The position numbers and the translations under genes were made by a program. Shown piece after piece: positions 26,358-40,058 of a stretch of 64,000 nucleotides of DNA (position 1 is the stretch's first letter; every line of letters begins with the position of its first letter). A model generated the notes under the pieces. The model searched no databases and was not told the origin of the DNA. It was given only the letters and a program-made list of their open reading frames with translations. This DNA is from Amoebidium appalachense (Eukaryota > Protista > Ichthyosporea), in assembly GCA_963693365.1 (NCBI GenBank), contig CAVNZM010000007.1:8243962-8307961 (forward strand), read 5' to 3'.

Positions 26358-26608
26358 CTGAGAGAGAGATGGGAGCGGGGGGTTGGGGGGGGAAGAGAGA
26401 GAGCTAGGGAAAGAGAGAGTGTGTGGGTGTGTGTGGGAGGGGGATGGGGGGGGGGGGAAGAGGGGGGAGGGAGGGGAATGAGAAGGGGAGCAGGGGAACG
26501 AGGGGGGAGGGGGGAGGTGAAAGGGGTATACAACTGTAATTTGGTGGGCCGTTTGTTGCGCATGGTTTTTGTTGGCATCGTGGGGACTGGGGTGTGAATA
26601 GGGGGGAA

Positions 26609-26642
<34 letters not shown>

Positions 26643-26885
26643 AGGGGACACTTGCCGTGACTGCCAGAAGCGAAAAAGTATTAGGTGAGCTCAGCATGGA
26701 ATAAAACAAATGGCATTATGAGGTAGCCGTTTCAATCTACTCATGATATCAGTGATCTACGTATAAATGACCCAACGTCACGCCTCAGTTTAAGATTGAC
26801 GACCCGTGTTTTTTCCCAAATACCGAATAAATCTTAGAAAATAGCACGTGTGAGGGGGCAGAACCTGGCATTGGGTGGGAGGAGA

Positions 26886-26928
<43 letters not shown>

Positions 26929-29734
26929 AATGGAACTATTGGTATCAGTTATTTTGTGACTTAAAAAATTCAAGTTGCAGCAGGAGAGCAGGGGAGCCGG
27001 AGCGGAGGGGGGAGAAGGGGGAAGGGGGAAGGTGAGTGATGCAAGACGGAAAAGGCTGGGGGGGGGGGGGGGGGGGGGGGATTACTGCCTTGTGCATGCT
27101 AGATTTCTACTGCTCATGAACGACTCGGGAGGCCTTAGAGACAACCATTTCAATGGTGTAAGCGAGCTATGGGCGGACGGGGGGGACGGGGAGCCTCTGA
27201 GCAGCTAGGGTGGAGGACGTGGAGCAAGTTTGCTTTACAAACATCAAAGCGATTTAGGTTTAGTGTGTGTGTGGGTGGGGGGGGGGGGGGGGGGGGGGGG
27301 GGAGGGGGAGGGGGGGGAGGGGGGAGGGGGGGGGGGAGGGGGGGACTCCGAGGGGAGGGGGAAGGGGGGAATTCAACTTGAAGTTCACACAAAGCATTCA
27401 AATGCAGCTAATGGAGGACTTGTTGTGGATTATGCAAGTAGGCTAGTTAGATCATAATGATTTAGTTAGTTCGGGATCGCGTTTAACACGAGCCCAACAG
27501 CGTAGTCACATGATAATATATCCTATTGGTAATAGTATGCTGCTGCTGCTTATCAATTGCAAGACCGTATAAAAATTTAGGAATATGCCACCAACAATTG
27601 TGCTGCAAGTATCCGGCTTTTCCGACCCCCCCCCCCCCCCCCCCTCCCCCCTCTTCTGAGCTTCCCCTGAGCCGCAGTAAAGGTTGCAACTGTCCACTCA
27701 GGCACGAACGTTTCGAAGTTATTCTACTACATAGTGACTGACTCGGGCCTTCTGAATACCAAATATTATGGAAAATTGGGCAGGAAGGTTTTTGCGCGCA
27801 GCGCGCCAAATAAAAAGTTTTGGTGACTAAAAAAAAAGTAGGAATGATATGCATTCATTGAATGCATGATTGGATTTATCCGATAACACGCACACACAAG
27901 TAAATGGAGGTATAATAATTAGGAAAGGGGTACGTCCTTCCCCCTCCCTTCCCCTTCCTCTCCTCTCCCCCCTCCCCTCCCTCCCCCCCCCTCCCCCCCT
28001 CTCCCCCCTCCCCCCCCCCCCCCTTCCCCCCTCCCGGGAAAAAAAAAATGAATAAAACTATTAGCTAATAATGCATGGGGTTAGGCAACCCAAAGTAGGA
28101 CCATTCCAAAATACGCCCCTGTCTTTTGGGATTCCAAAGCCTCGGTTGTTTTTTGAAATTATCCACTTGTTTTTACCTTCATTTCAGGCCCGGGTAGAGG
28201 ACCAGGTACTGATATATCAGATTCTGGGAAGTTGGGGCAGGCACCTTATCACAGCCTGATAATAAGCATGTCTATGATAGACAGTACATTCCCCCAAACA
28301 AAAGGGATAACTCCGGTAGCTTGAACATTGAACAGGTTGCCCCTCCCCCTTCACGTGTAACCTGCGCAGGCTCGGGCCATCCCCACTGGGGGATCCCTGC
28401 CCATTGATGGTCTAAAAACGGTCCGACGTACGCTCACGCTAGACTTGCAAGAGAGAGCTCAAGCCACACTTGCGTGCCCGGTAACTCCTCAACTCACAGA
28501 ACGAAACAATGATTTCCCCCTCTTTTTTGCGTTTATGTCATTTGCATGGATGTTCACATGGCTAAAGGCATGGCCAATAATTCAAAAGCACTCGCGCATT
28601 GTTTATCTTTCTACTAGCTATGTACTCCGAAAAGGAATGATTGGAAATTCTGTGTCACTAAAGTGGATCTGCACAGGTGTAGATCGTCAGCCAATCAGGG
28701 GAGAATGTCTGGATGACAAAGAACGATAGTGCCATGGGCCATGCTGACATGTGTCCAATGAAAAGCTCGAAAGTAAAAAGTTACGGCCTGCTGACTGGAT
28801 TAAAATACATCGTGCTGAGTGATTGGTAGATCTGACCTGCATAGCGATGAGGAAGGCAAATATCATGGTTGTTGCAAAACTGTAGCATTAGAACTGTCCA
28901 GGCCCTAGTACTTAACCGAAGTCTGTTATAAAGCTCCAATTATTATATATTAATAAATCAAATTGATGTACATACTTAAGCATCCGTGTGCGCATTGGAG
29001 GCTCTGTATAGCTAAGCTCTATGCTCTATAGACCAGTCTGTGAGTCATTGAGCCGTTTCGCACACCTCTAAGAGATCACTATGCATACAGTTGATTGGCT
29101 AGTTCAACTAAGGCCTACTGGCTTAGGCTTTGTTCAGTTTTTGTACACTAAAAAAACCGCACTAGAGCAGGCCAAGTATGTTCTTTTTGAAACATAAGAA
29201 AACATAACATAAAAAAATTTATGGATGTGTTTTTTTGGGCTTCTTAAGTCTAGTGTTACTGGCTGCCGCTAGATAGCCGGATCTGCTGGTTCCCATGCTT
29301 GCCCAGCCACCTTAGTAATCTCCCGATACCCGCATACTTGCCTTCCAGTGGCTCTAAAATAAATCAACGGTGTGATCCAAGCCATGAAAACCGTTTTTAC
29401 CCCAAAAGCTCATATAAATATTATTAAATATTAATATATTGGCTCAAAAAAGTTATTTACAAGCCCAATAAGTATATTAATTGTCTTTAAGTTGTTCAAG
29501 CTGTAGTTTTTCTGTTGGTAAACAACGTTGGACCCCGCATAAGAGGGAGCCAGTGAGGCTTTGAAGATCTACACAGTATAAAAGCCGTGCTCACCCACTC
29601 CTGCACCCATTTCTCCCATTCTTTAGCCAAGTAGAGTAAGGAAGTAGAAATCCTTTGCGTTTCTTTAGTTGGGCTGTGAGTTTTGGACGGCTGGGAGTTC
29701 ATTTATAAAGCAAGCTTGCAGAGTTTGGGTGAAA

Positions 29735-30685
29735 ATGGCAAGTGTAAAGGGACAGGCTAGAAGGGGCACCATACCCGCCTCGAGCTCGCTCCACCCACTC
29801 AATAACCAGCGGAGGAGGCTGGCTGCAAGCCCAAATAGCAAGTTTTTTGACATCAAAATAATCCGTCCCGTTGTGGAAAATGGGGTCAAGGCGTTTAGGC
29901 AGGTCGGCAACATGTATCTACACTTTCTAAAGGGGTTGCTTGTTAGGCAGCTCGAGGTCTTCAACACGGGCGTCAACCCCACAAGATGGGCCGTGCGAAT
30001 GCTCAAAGAGGATGACCCACAAATGTTCGCCTTTTCTGTGGATAGCATCGGTCGGTTCCGTTCGCACGAAATTACACCATCAGAGTTCGCCGCACTCTGG
30101 GAAGAGCACACTGGCAGAGATGGGGCTCTTGCGACGCGAAATTCACCCCTGATGGTTGAATTCACGAGCAAGCAGCCAGACACACCAGAGGATTATCCTG
30201 TATGTTCATCAGTTTCTCGTGTTGGTTCGACCAGTGATATCATGTCAGCGCGGGGTTCGATATCCAGCTGGAGCAACGCACTATCGCGGTCATCTGTAGA
30301 TTCGCGGAGGACGAGAGCAAGCAACAGTGACATGACCTCAGGGAGTGAGGGTACACACACACCCTCCCCTTCTCTTGGAGGCAGCCACAGCAGCATCTCC
30401 TCCTCAGACACCCCACCACCACGTCCGCCAAAGGCAACCATAGCGCAGTTTACTTCTGGAGTGCAGACTACACTAAACGATGAGCTCGCTTCTGATGTTC
30501 ACATGATAGAAATGGAGACTATCGAGCTGGGCCCAGCACGCCCACCCAAGGCTGGTGACGCTGCAAAGTATGCCGAGGCCATGGCTGGCCACAACGAGGC
30601 AGGGAGCCTTTTGCAGCGCTGGTCACCTTTCAACAATCGGAAACGATTGGATGAGTCGTGGGCTGTAGGGGCAGCAAGTGTTTAA
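29735..30685 (+). CDS. Hypothetical protein, 316 aa, single exon; folded N-terminal half plus Ser/Pro-rich tail
   Basis: Long non-repetitive ORF from the first ATG (MASVKGQ...); Ser-rich disordered C-half with PPPRPPKA and PARPPKA motifs. Confidence 0.75.
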   Translation: MASVKGQARRGTIPASSSLHPLNNQRRRLAASPNSKFFDIKIIRPVVENGVKAFRQVGNMYLHFLKGLLVRQLEVFNTGVNPTRWAVRMLKEDDPQMFAFSVDSIGRFRSHEITPSEFAALWEEHTGRDGALATRNSPLMVEFTSKQPDTPEDYPVCSSVSRVGSTSDIMSARGSISSWSNALSRSSVDSRRTRASNSDMTSGSEGTHTPSPSLGGSHSSISSSDTPPPRPPKATIAQFTSGVQTTLNDELASDVHMIEMETIELGPARPPKAGDAAKYAEAMAGHNEAGSLLQRWSPFNNRKRLDESWAVGAASV

Positions 30686-31617
30686 TAGGGCTACGACGGT
30701 GCAAGGAAGCACCATAGGTTTGAGATTGAAGGCTTGACCCTGTTTTTTGATAATCAATGGGAGAATCACATAGGAAATTTAGTGCTGAATTCGACGCGTG
30801 CAAACGTGATTTGTGCGATAAATGACTTGCTGCTTGTTACCTAGGTGCACACTTTTTGCTCTTTGAACGTGTTTAGTGTACAGACATGTCTCGTTTCCCG
30901 TACATGGCAACGAGCGCGAATTTCTAGTCTTTTTAAAAAGAGAGCACAAGGTGTTGAATGGCGGCCAATGTGCCAATCAGTGCGAATGACCTACAAAAGA
31001 CGGGCATAGCCCTTTGTGTCGGGAGATTTGGTCCGATACAATTTAATTTAAAACGTTTGCAAGAAGGCTGCAGCTGGCTGCTAGTCTTGCTTCTGCAGTA
31101 AGCAAAAAAATGAAGCTGGACCCTTGGTGAATACCCCCACCCCCCCCCCACCTTTCTACTCTTTGCTCTTCTCGGCTTGCCGTTTCACTATATATCTTTA
31201 TTTTTTTATCGTTCCATAACAACTTTCTTTTTGTATCCTGCTCCGTCTTTTTCATTTTCAGATGATTTATCACTCAAAAATACTCTTCCCCCCCCCCCAA
31301 AAGCAAATGCCAAGGCGTAGCGTACCCATATATATGCACCTCATAATACCCTGTGACCCAAGGCCTCCTCATCTCCTTGCTTACACCATAATTACATCAC
31401 AAACACGTACCCGTATGCCCCACCCCAGGCCCCAGCCCACGACAATACCGTTGATAGCTGGCTAGATAGGAGGGAAAGGGTATAATAGCAAAGCCAAGTA
31501 GAACCTAAAAAGGCGTACAAACAGCATGAAAAAGTGTGTGCGCGTGTGTGTGTGTGTGTGCACACGTGCACGTGTGTATGTGTGTGTGTGTGTGTGTGGT
31601 GGGTTTTTTTTTTTTTT

Positions 31618-31648
<31 letters not shown>

Positions 31649-32602
31649 GGTCAACGAGCATGAAAACCGAGTATTGGGAGGACGGAAGGGGAGGGGGGGG
31701 GGAGGGGGGAGCGGGGAAGGTTAGATTATCTATGACTTCCCTTCTTTGCATATACGAACGCAAAAGTACCACTTGGGCATTTTATCGAAGAGGTTAGCTA
31801 TCTGGCCATCTGGTATGAACTCGTTCACTATTTAAGAAGTGTGAATTAGGAAGGCGAAAAGGGAGGAATTTAGAAAAATGAGGGTTATTTGTAACAGTAT
31901 GTGTAATACACGTGTGTGTGTGTGTGTATTGTGTGGTGTATGTGATATATCGATCTGTGTGGCATGGGCTATCATAGCCACTATGTATATGAAAATTGCC
32001 TGGAGCAAGAGGAGGAGAGCGAAGTTTCAGGACAGAGATGGCCACGGGGGAGTGCGAGAAGAATAAAAGACCGAAATGACTTCGGTTTTGTTGAGATAGT
32101 GATATTACATGGGGGCAATTACGCTGTTTACTCAAGGCAAAGAGATTACCAGTCTCAGGTATGGGGGTTTTTGCTCGGAATATCCCCTCAGCGGTATATC
32201 ATGATCAAGTACATAGATGTCGGGTGATATATTACATACCATTGCAGATATGTATGAGGAAATTATGAACTCAAGGGTGGTTGGACCCCCCCCTCCCCCC
32301 CCCCACCCGCCCGGCCGGAGGCACCCTCACCTCCGCCCTCCCCAGCCATTTGCTTCTTTGTATTTATTTATTTTTGTTCTGGGTTGATGTTTTGTTTCCT
32401 TGTTTCTTTGTTTTCCTTTTTTTTTTGGCCAGGAGTGGATTGGCAGGTAGGTTGCTTGTGCTCCAGCAGGGGGGGGGGGGGGGGGGGGGATCGAGGAAAG
32501 TAGGCTTTCCTGGGAAGACTTTTTCATTGGATATGAGATTGGTTTTGCGACAGATACTACAAATGGAGTCCGTTGTCAATGCAGTGACAGTAAGAAAAGA
32601 AA

Positions 32603-32643
<41 letters not shown>

Positions 32644-32657
32644 GATGTCGAGGGCGG

Positions 32658-32691
<34 letters not shown>

Positions 32692-32875
32692 GGGGGAGGA
32701 CGTATATCATGGTATGTATAGCCATAGAACACCTTGTGTGTCCCCGAGCTGTATATCCAAGCCAACGTTAACGCTTGTACCGGGAGGCGCCCACAACGCA
32801 AGGTACACACTGCACAGGCAAAAGGGTAATGATATATGATATACCCCCCCCCCCCCCCCCCCCCTCCCCCCCCCC

Positions 32876-32930
<55 letters not shown>

Positions 32931-33396
32931 AAAAAAAAAAAAAAAAAACTTCAGGCCAATCAAACCCTGCCCGGTATAAATGCAAAACCCCCCAATGTAT
33001 CCAGGATTTTCCTGTGACAGTCCCCCTTCGCCAAAACGGAACAAAATCATTTCCCCCACAATATGTACTGCCGCCCCGACAGGATTGATATTCATAACTC
33101 ATTTATGCAATACTATATTAGTTTCTGGTGGTTTAATTACTTAACATGATATTCCTAATTTTTTTATTGTTTTATAAATACTTATCATGTATCTCTAAGA
33201 CTTTTGTCAGCCCCAGCGATTCCTGGTCGCGGATCCCTCCCCCTCCCCCCATCCCTTTCCTCTCCCCCTCTTTCCTTCCCTCCCCCCTTCGAGTTCCCCC
33301 CTCCTCCCTCCCCCTCCGGGACCCTTTCCCCCTGATCGCGCATATTATCCAAAACCACTGAGTCTGTCATCCACCATCATGATTATTCCCCTCCCC

Positions 33397-33446
<50 letters not shown>

Positions 33447-34778
33447 GGGTGACCCACCCACCCGCCCATACACACACACACGTCACACACAATCACCACC
33501 ACAGCCCACCACCACCATCAACACCACTGTCCCCTCCCAGCCCTGAGTTCCCTCATAATTGGATGGTATCGTCGCCCCCATCTACCCAAATTTAGACGTG
33601 CTATGCTCGAATAAATATTAAATGTCGGGGGACTCCTTGCGGCAGGAGCAGTCATATAAAGCGTACAAGCTTGGCCTAGTGGTGTGTGGGCGCACATGTA
33701 TACATGCATGGGGGTTAACGTTGTGTTGGTGCTAGAACTTAGCCGGCTGCTTCAGTATGTATGTGTTGACCAATAAAAACCCGTCATTGAAGACTCTGTC
33801 AAGAGTCAAAAGGCTGCGGATAGAAATATCGAACCGGTCAGCTCATTGAATTCTGTACGGTCACGGCACGCGGTGATGATGGTGGGCATGCGGGAGGGGG
33901 GAAAAGGGGTGTCCGAAACCAGCCGTTGACTGGCACAGCACAAGTCTAACATGTGCGCAATAGCAATGATCCCAACAGCTGCAGCTGTACGCATATGCCC
34001 GAGTGTTGATGAGTGCACATGCATGTAACACGTGTGTGGGTGCTGTACTTGGTTTGAGCGTGCGGATACACGGGGGCAGTCATGACTTGGACGGCGGGTT
34101 ACATCGATTGGATTCTAATATGTTCTATCGTGTGTGTGTTTGTACATGTCGAGGTCCCATGGTGCAGTACCGTGGTTCGGGGAAGAAATGTAACACCCAA
34201 CTCCACAAATAATTGAAAAGGGAGTTCGAATTTCATGTTACCTTCCATGCTTTATTTGACGACTGATTCGAGACAAACATTCAAGCTACAATAGCTACAA
34301 ACAGTAGTTACCTACCAACACTCTCACACACACACAAACCATTCCTCCTCCCATCCATCTCTCCTGCTACCGATAATCAACTGCGCATTATACACAAGAC
34401 TACAGTAGAGTGTCATGATCTACATGTGTTTAAATCACAAACCCACACACACACAAACAAAGTATACCAACACGCACGATATAAACAGCAATGTTTTGGT
34501 TGTACTATGCACGTGAAGGGAAGTGTTCTACCACCCCACCACACGTGTTTCAGTGAATGGGGAGGCTACACAGAGATGCATAAACCCAGCAGAAACAGCC
34601 AGCTGTTACTGCAACGAGCTTTTGAAAATTTCAAGTTCAGGCTAACACTAACAAGAACTACAAGAGGAAAAAAACAGCTCAACCCAACATATACATACAC
34701 ACCATCCAACTTGTCACCCATACATGCACCATGGCACATGGGAGGCATTCACACTTCATTTTTTCCCTTTTTTCATGT

Positions 34779-35645
34779 TTAGGCTGCAGCCTCTAGGGGC
34801 TGGACAGCATCCAGAGATCCCTTGGGCAGGTAGCCGGCGGCAGTTGCCCTGTCAGCAAAGGCATCGAAGGCAGCCACGGCACCGGGGATGTCGACGGCAA
34901 TGTCGTTGATGTTGCGCTTAACACGGGAGAACCCAACCACTATCTGGTTCTCTGTAGGGGGAAGTCAACGTGTGAGCAGGCTATTTGTGCTATATTAGAA
35001 CAAGAAAGTGTGGGGGAGGTGGGTGGTGGGTGGTGAGTGGTGGAGGTGGGAGGTGTGTGTGTGTGTGTGTGTGTGTTGGGGTAGGGAGGGAGGTGGGGGG
35101 GGGGGGGGGGGTGGGAGCTCCCCTGGGGGAAGGAGAGGGGAGGGGGGTTTGTAGAGCATGTTCATGTAAAGTGCAATGTCATAATGGACACAGTATGTAG
35201 TGCAGATACAACAAAAGAAACAAACAAAAGGAGTATGCAGTATGAGCACAGCCCATAAACAGGGGTCATCCTCTGTCTGTGTGTGTGCATGTGCTTTACG
35301 GTTTAAAATGCATTACAGAGTGCAAGGTACGCACACGACGGACAACATGACACATTTGGCAAAATACACACTTTGGGGGGGGGGGGGGGGGGGGGGGGGG
35401 TTGAATGCATGGAGTACGCAGTACACATTCACAACGGACAACACAATGCGGAGTTGTGCCGTTTGCATAACAGTGCCCAACCTCGGGGGGAAGGGGGGGG
35501 GGGGGGGGGGGTGGAGGAGGAGGGGGGAAGGGGTAAAATGTGTTGCAGCGTACCAGGTACACATTCACGACGGAAAACAGTAGCAAAGCGAACTCTGCAA
35601 AATTGCGCAGGCACATAGCATGCATCTGGCCGGGGGCCGGGAGGG

Positions 35646-35679
<34 letters not shown>

Positions 35680-36610
35680 GTGCTCTGCAGATCAAAAGTT
35701 CATGTTCACGACGGATAAAGCAGCAAACACAAACAACATGAAGTAGAGCCCATGTTCAGGGGCCATCTCTGTGTCCGTGTGTGATGATGTGTGTTGTGTG
35801 TGTGTGTGTGTGTAAAAAGGAGAGAGGAGGGGGGGGGGGGGGGGGGTTTTGAATGCGGAACACAGTACGAAGTACGCATACACGATGAGAAGCATGGTGC
35901 AGGACACATGCAAAGGCAAACATTCAAGTATGCAGCATCAGCCATGCGCACAGTATGCGTCATAAGCAGAGCCCATCCTCAGGGAGGGCCCAAGTCATCA
36001 ATTGCGTCTGAGTTTCGACCCCTTAGCCCGCGTATATACGACGCTCCAACTCAGACAGCAGCATCAACTGAACTTGGGTGGGTCAACCCGTCTTGATCAA
36101 AGACGAGCAGGGTTGCTTATGCAAGCAAGGTGAGCAAAACGGTGAAGATGTATGTGCAAACTAATGCAGTGCAGCGACAAACGCGTATGTGCTTACAGAT
36201 GCACGACACAGAGCAACCATGCCCGGTTGCATGGAAGTAAAGATGTCTCCACACAGTGGTCTGTCCTGAAAGGACACCTCTGAAAGAAGACAGGGGGGGT
36301 TTTGAATGCGGAACACAGGGGGGGGGGGGGGGGGGGGGGAAGGATGCCATTCATACACAGAACGGTGTACCCAAAACGTGAAGCGAAAGTCATGATGTGG
36401 AAAGGCAAAAAACTCAGCATAACAGGTTATTATCACTGCAGGTGTGGGGTGGTGGTGGTGGTGGTGGTGGTGGTGGTGGTGGTGGTGGTGGTGGTGGTGG
36501 GGGACAATTGCTGTTTATGTGTCTGTGCATGCAAGTGCATGTGTACCCGTGTCGATCTCTCTCCTTCTCCCCTCTCTCGCACACACCTCTCTTTCTCCGT
36601 GTGTGTGTGT

Positions 36611-36665
<55 letters not shown>

Positions 36666-36793
36666 TGGAATGCGTTACAGAGAACAAAAGTGCACATTCA
36701 TAACGGGAAAAACAATGCAAGGTGCAAAGCACACAAAATGAGTATATTTCATAAGCGTAGCCCATCCTCACGGGGCCCCAAGTTATTTACCCC

Positions 36794-36827
<34 letters not shown>

Positions 36828-38282
36828 TGAATGCGTCAAAAAGTACGAAGTACACAAGAACAAACGGATAACACGATGCAGAATGCAAGCCATACATAAA
36901 GAGTATGCATAATAAGCAGAGCCCATCCTCAGGGGGGGGCCCACGTCATCCACAGTACCCGAGTTTCGACCTATTCCCCTCGTTAACGAAACCCAACTCA
37001 GATACGGGGGGGGGGGTTGAATGCGGAACACAGTACGAAGTACGCATACACAAAGCATGGTGCAGGGCACATGCAAAGGCAAACACTCAAGTATGCAACA
37101 TCAGCCATGCGCACAGTATGCGTCATAAGCAGAGCCCATCCTCAGGGAGGGGGGGGGGGGGGGGGGGTTTGAATGCGTCAAAAAGTACGAAGTATACAAG
37201 AACAAACGGATAACACGATGCAGGATGCAAGCCATACATAAAGAGTATGCATAATAAGCAGAGCCCATCCTCAGGGGGGGCCCACGTCATCCACAGTACC
37301 CGAGTTTCGACCTATTCACCTCGTTAACGAAACCCAACTCAGATACTGTTTCACTTGAACATGGGTAGGTCACCCGTCGATCAGAGACGAGCAGGGTTGC
37401 TTATGCAGGCAAGGACAATGGGAAAGGCCGGGGGTTAAAGTTGCAGCAGTAAGCAGAAGCAAGAAAAATATAGATAGGAACTCAGGAGACGGGGCTTCTA
37501 GGAAGCTCCCCCGTCGCTACCTAAGTCGATACTTCCCTGGCCAACATACTACACCAGCTGAAAAGAATTAAGTCCCGAAGGCCGCAGAATTCGCAATCAG
37601 AGGGGAAAATATGAGATTTGACCCACGCCGCAGGGTAGTAACACGCTTACTAGGGCGGAACTTTAACGTCTTCGAACGGAAAGCTATGCCCCCGGATGTC
37701 AGCCGGAAATATGGTATCACCCATTGCTTTGGGCTTGAAAAAAACAAATCGATAGTCCGAGTTATGTTACGCCGGCGGGTAACATGCCGCATGGGTTCCA
37801 AGGGAGCTGTTGCCAACAGAGCGGTGTGTGCATGCGTGCGCGTAACGCAATGTGTGAAGTGGGAGGGGGGGGGGGGGGGGGGGGGGGGATAATATGCGGT
37901 GCAGAGCTCGAAGTACACATTCATGACGGACAACACAATGCAGAGCTCAGAGCACACACAGAGAGCATGCATCACAAGCAGATTCCATCCTCAGCGAGGG
38001 TTCAAGTCATCCACAGTACCCGAGATTCCACCGTGATACTGCTTCACTTGAACATGGGTGCGTCCTTCTTGGTCAGAAGGGAACAGGGTTACTTTTGCAA
38101 TTGGCGTCACAGGCAAAGCAGTGGGATGGGCTGGGGGTATAGTTACAGCAGTAAAAGCAAAAAGCAAGAAACGTGTAATAGGACCTCAGGGGCCGGGGGG
38201 GGGGGGGGGGGGGGGGGGGGGGTTCGTCATGCCAGCATACATGGACCCTGGGGCACCAGCAACAGTCTGGACTACCCCCCCC

Positions 38283-38313
<31 letters not shown>

Positions 38314-38600
38314 ACAAATTGGGCAGGCACGCACAGGTTGAGCATGGTTTGTACCTGAGATGAAGAAGGACTTGGCCAGGGTCTGCAGCAGCTTGGACAG
38401 CAGCTCTCTGCGGCGCTCACTGTTGCTGGTCTTCTCCAGCGCCATCACAACAGCCTCGTACACAACCTCTGCATTAAAAAAAAAAGTGTTTATTAACGCA
38501 ACTAAAAAGGTAGGAATATTGCAACACTCAGTCAATGAACATACACACTATTTGTCCCCCCTCCTCTCCTCCCCCCCCCCCCCCCTCCCGTCCCTCTTTT

Positions 38601-38635
<35 letters not shown>

Positions 38636-38993
38636 CGTCCATCTTTTCCCGGGGCACCTGGGTATTTCGGCCCTGCTCTGGCCAGCCCCACACCGGCCGA
38701 GCACACCGGCCGAGGAGCCCATGTTAAAAATCAGGTTCAGCATGAAATCATTCCTAAGCTATGTTGTGTGCAGTCGGGTTCCCTTTAGTGCATTCTCGTT
38801 CTACTCATTTCATTCATCCAATCATTCCCCTCCCCCCAAGATTCCCTTCTCCCTCTCTCCATGACCACCCCACCACCACCACTACCACCAAAACACGCAC
38901 GCACCCACGCCAAACAGGGACCAAAGGAAGACATAAACCGATCCTTAACGTGTGTACGCGTGCGTCATGCACCGATCTTCCACTGATCCCCCC

Positions 38994-39024
<31 letters not shown>

Positions 39025-39493
39025 AAAAAAACCACCACACATCCCCGGGTTGCGATGAGCACACACTACACAGCTTCTGCCCCTAAATTTCCCACCTCTA
39101 CTCTTTCTCGTGGAAGTTACAGAAAGAGATGGTGATTAGACCCTTTCCCCTTCTATGTGGTGTGTTACCATGTGTGTGCGTTTTTATAAGGGTATGGGGA
39201 ACAAGAGGAGAGGAGGAGGAGGAGGAGGTGGTGGTGGTGGTGGTGGGGCCGGGGGGGAGGGGGAAGGGGGGGCAAGCAGATTGAAAATTAATTATTATTG
39301 ACAGCCCAAGGTGGATACCCTCATCTTGAAGAGATGCGAATAGGATTGAACAAGTCAGGGGAAGAACACGGTCGTTAGCAAGTGTGTGCCTGCATAGGCT
39401 TTAATATTTAAGTCTCCCATCTCTCATCTCGATGCATCCAACCTGTTATCACCTGTACACGTGCTCTTCCATAAGAACACCAGCAGGTCCAGG

Positions 39494-39533
<40 letters not shown>

Positions 39534-40018
39534 TACCGTGGTGGAAGTGGGGCACTCCCAGATCCTTGAGCTGCTTCTCGGCCTCCTTCACATCTCCAGA
39601 CTGCAAGTACTCCTGCATCGGTGTGTGTGTGTTGTGTGTGTGTGTGTGTACGTGCGTGCGTGCGTGCGTGTGTGTGTGTGTGTGATTGTGTGTGAGTGTG
39701 TCTGTGTGTGGATTTGGGGGGATGCGGTCCAAAGTACAAAGAACAGATCCACAAGGGGTAACACCATGCCGACAAGCAAAAGGGGCACACACCCAAAGTA
39801 TGCAACAAAGCAGGGTCCTCTCAGGAGAAAACCAAGTCCATCCACCAAAAGGGGTGAAGTGGAGGTGATCAGTTAACTGACTAAGAAAGCAGTGTGTGAG
39901 TGCATGTGGAAAGGTAGAAACCACGGACTGGGCAGCCACCGATTACATTATTGCAACGGTAGGGGTTGTGTGTGTGTATGTGTGTATGTGTGTGTGTGTG
40001 TGTGTGTAGGCAGAGGGA

Positions 40019-40058
<40 letters not shown>

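Noticed and set aside
28318-29502. AGCTTGAACA inverted pair as transposon TIRs
   Set aside because: Only 10 bp and no TSD; compatible with chance.
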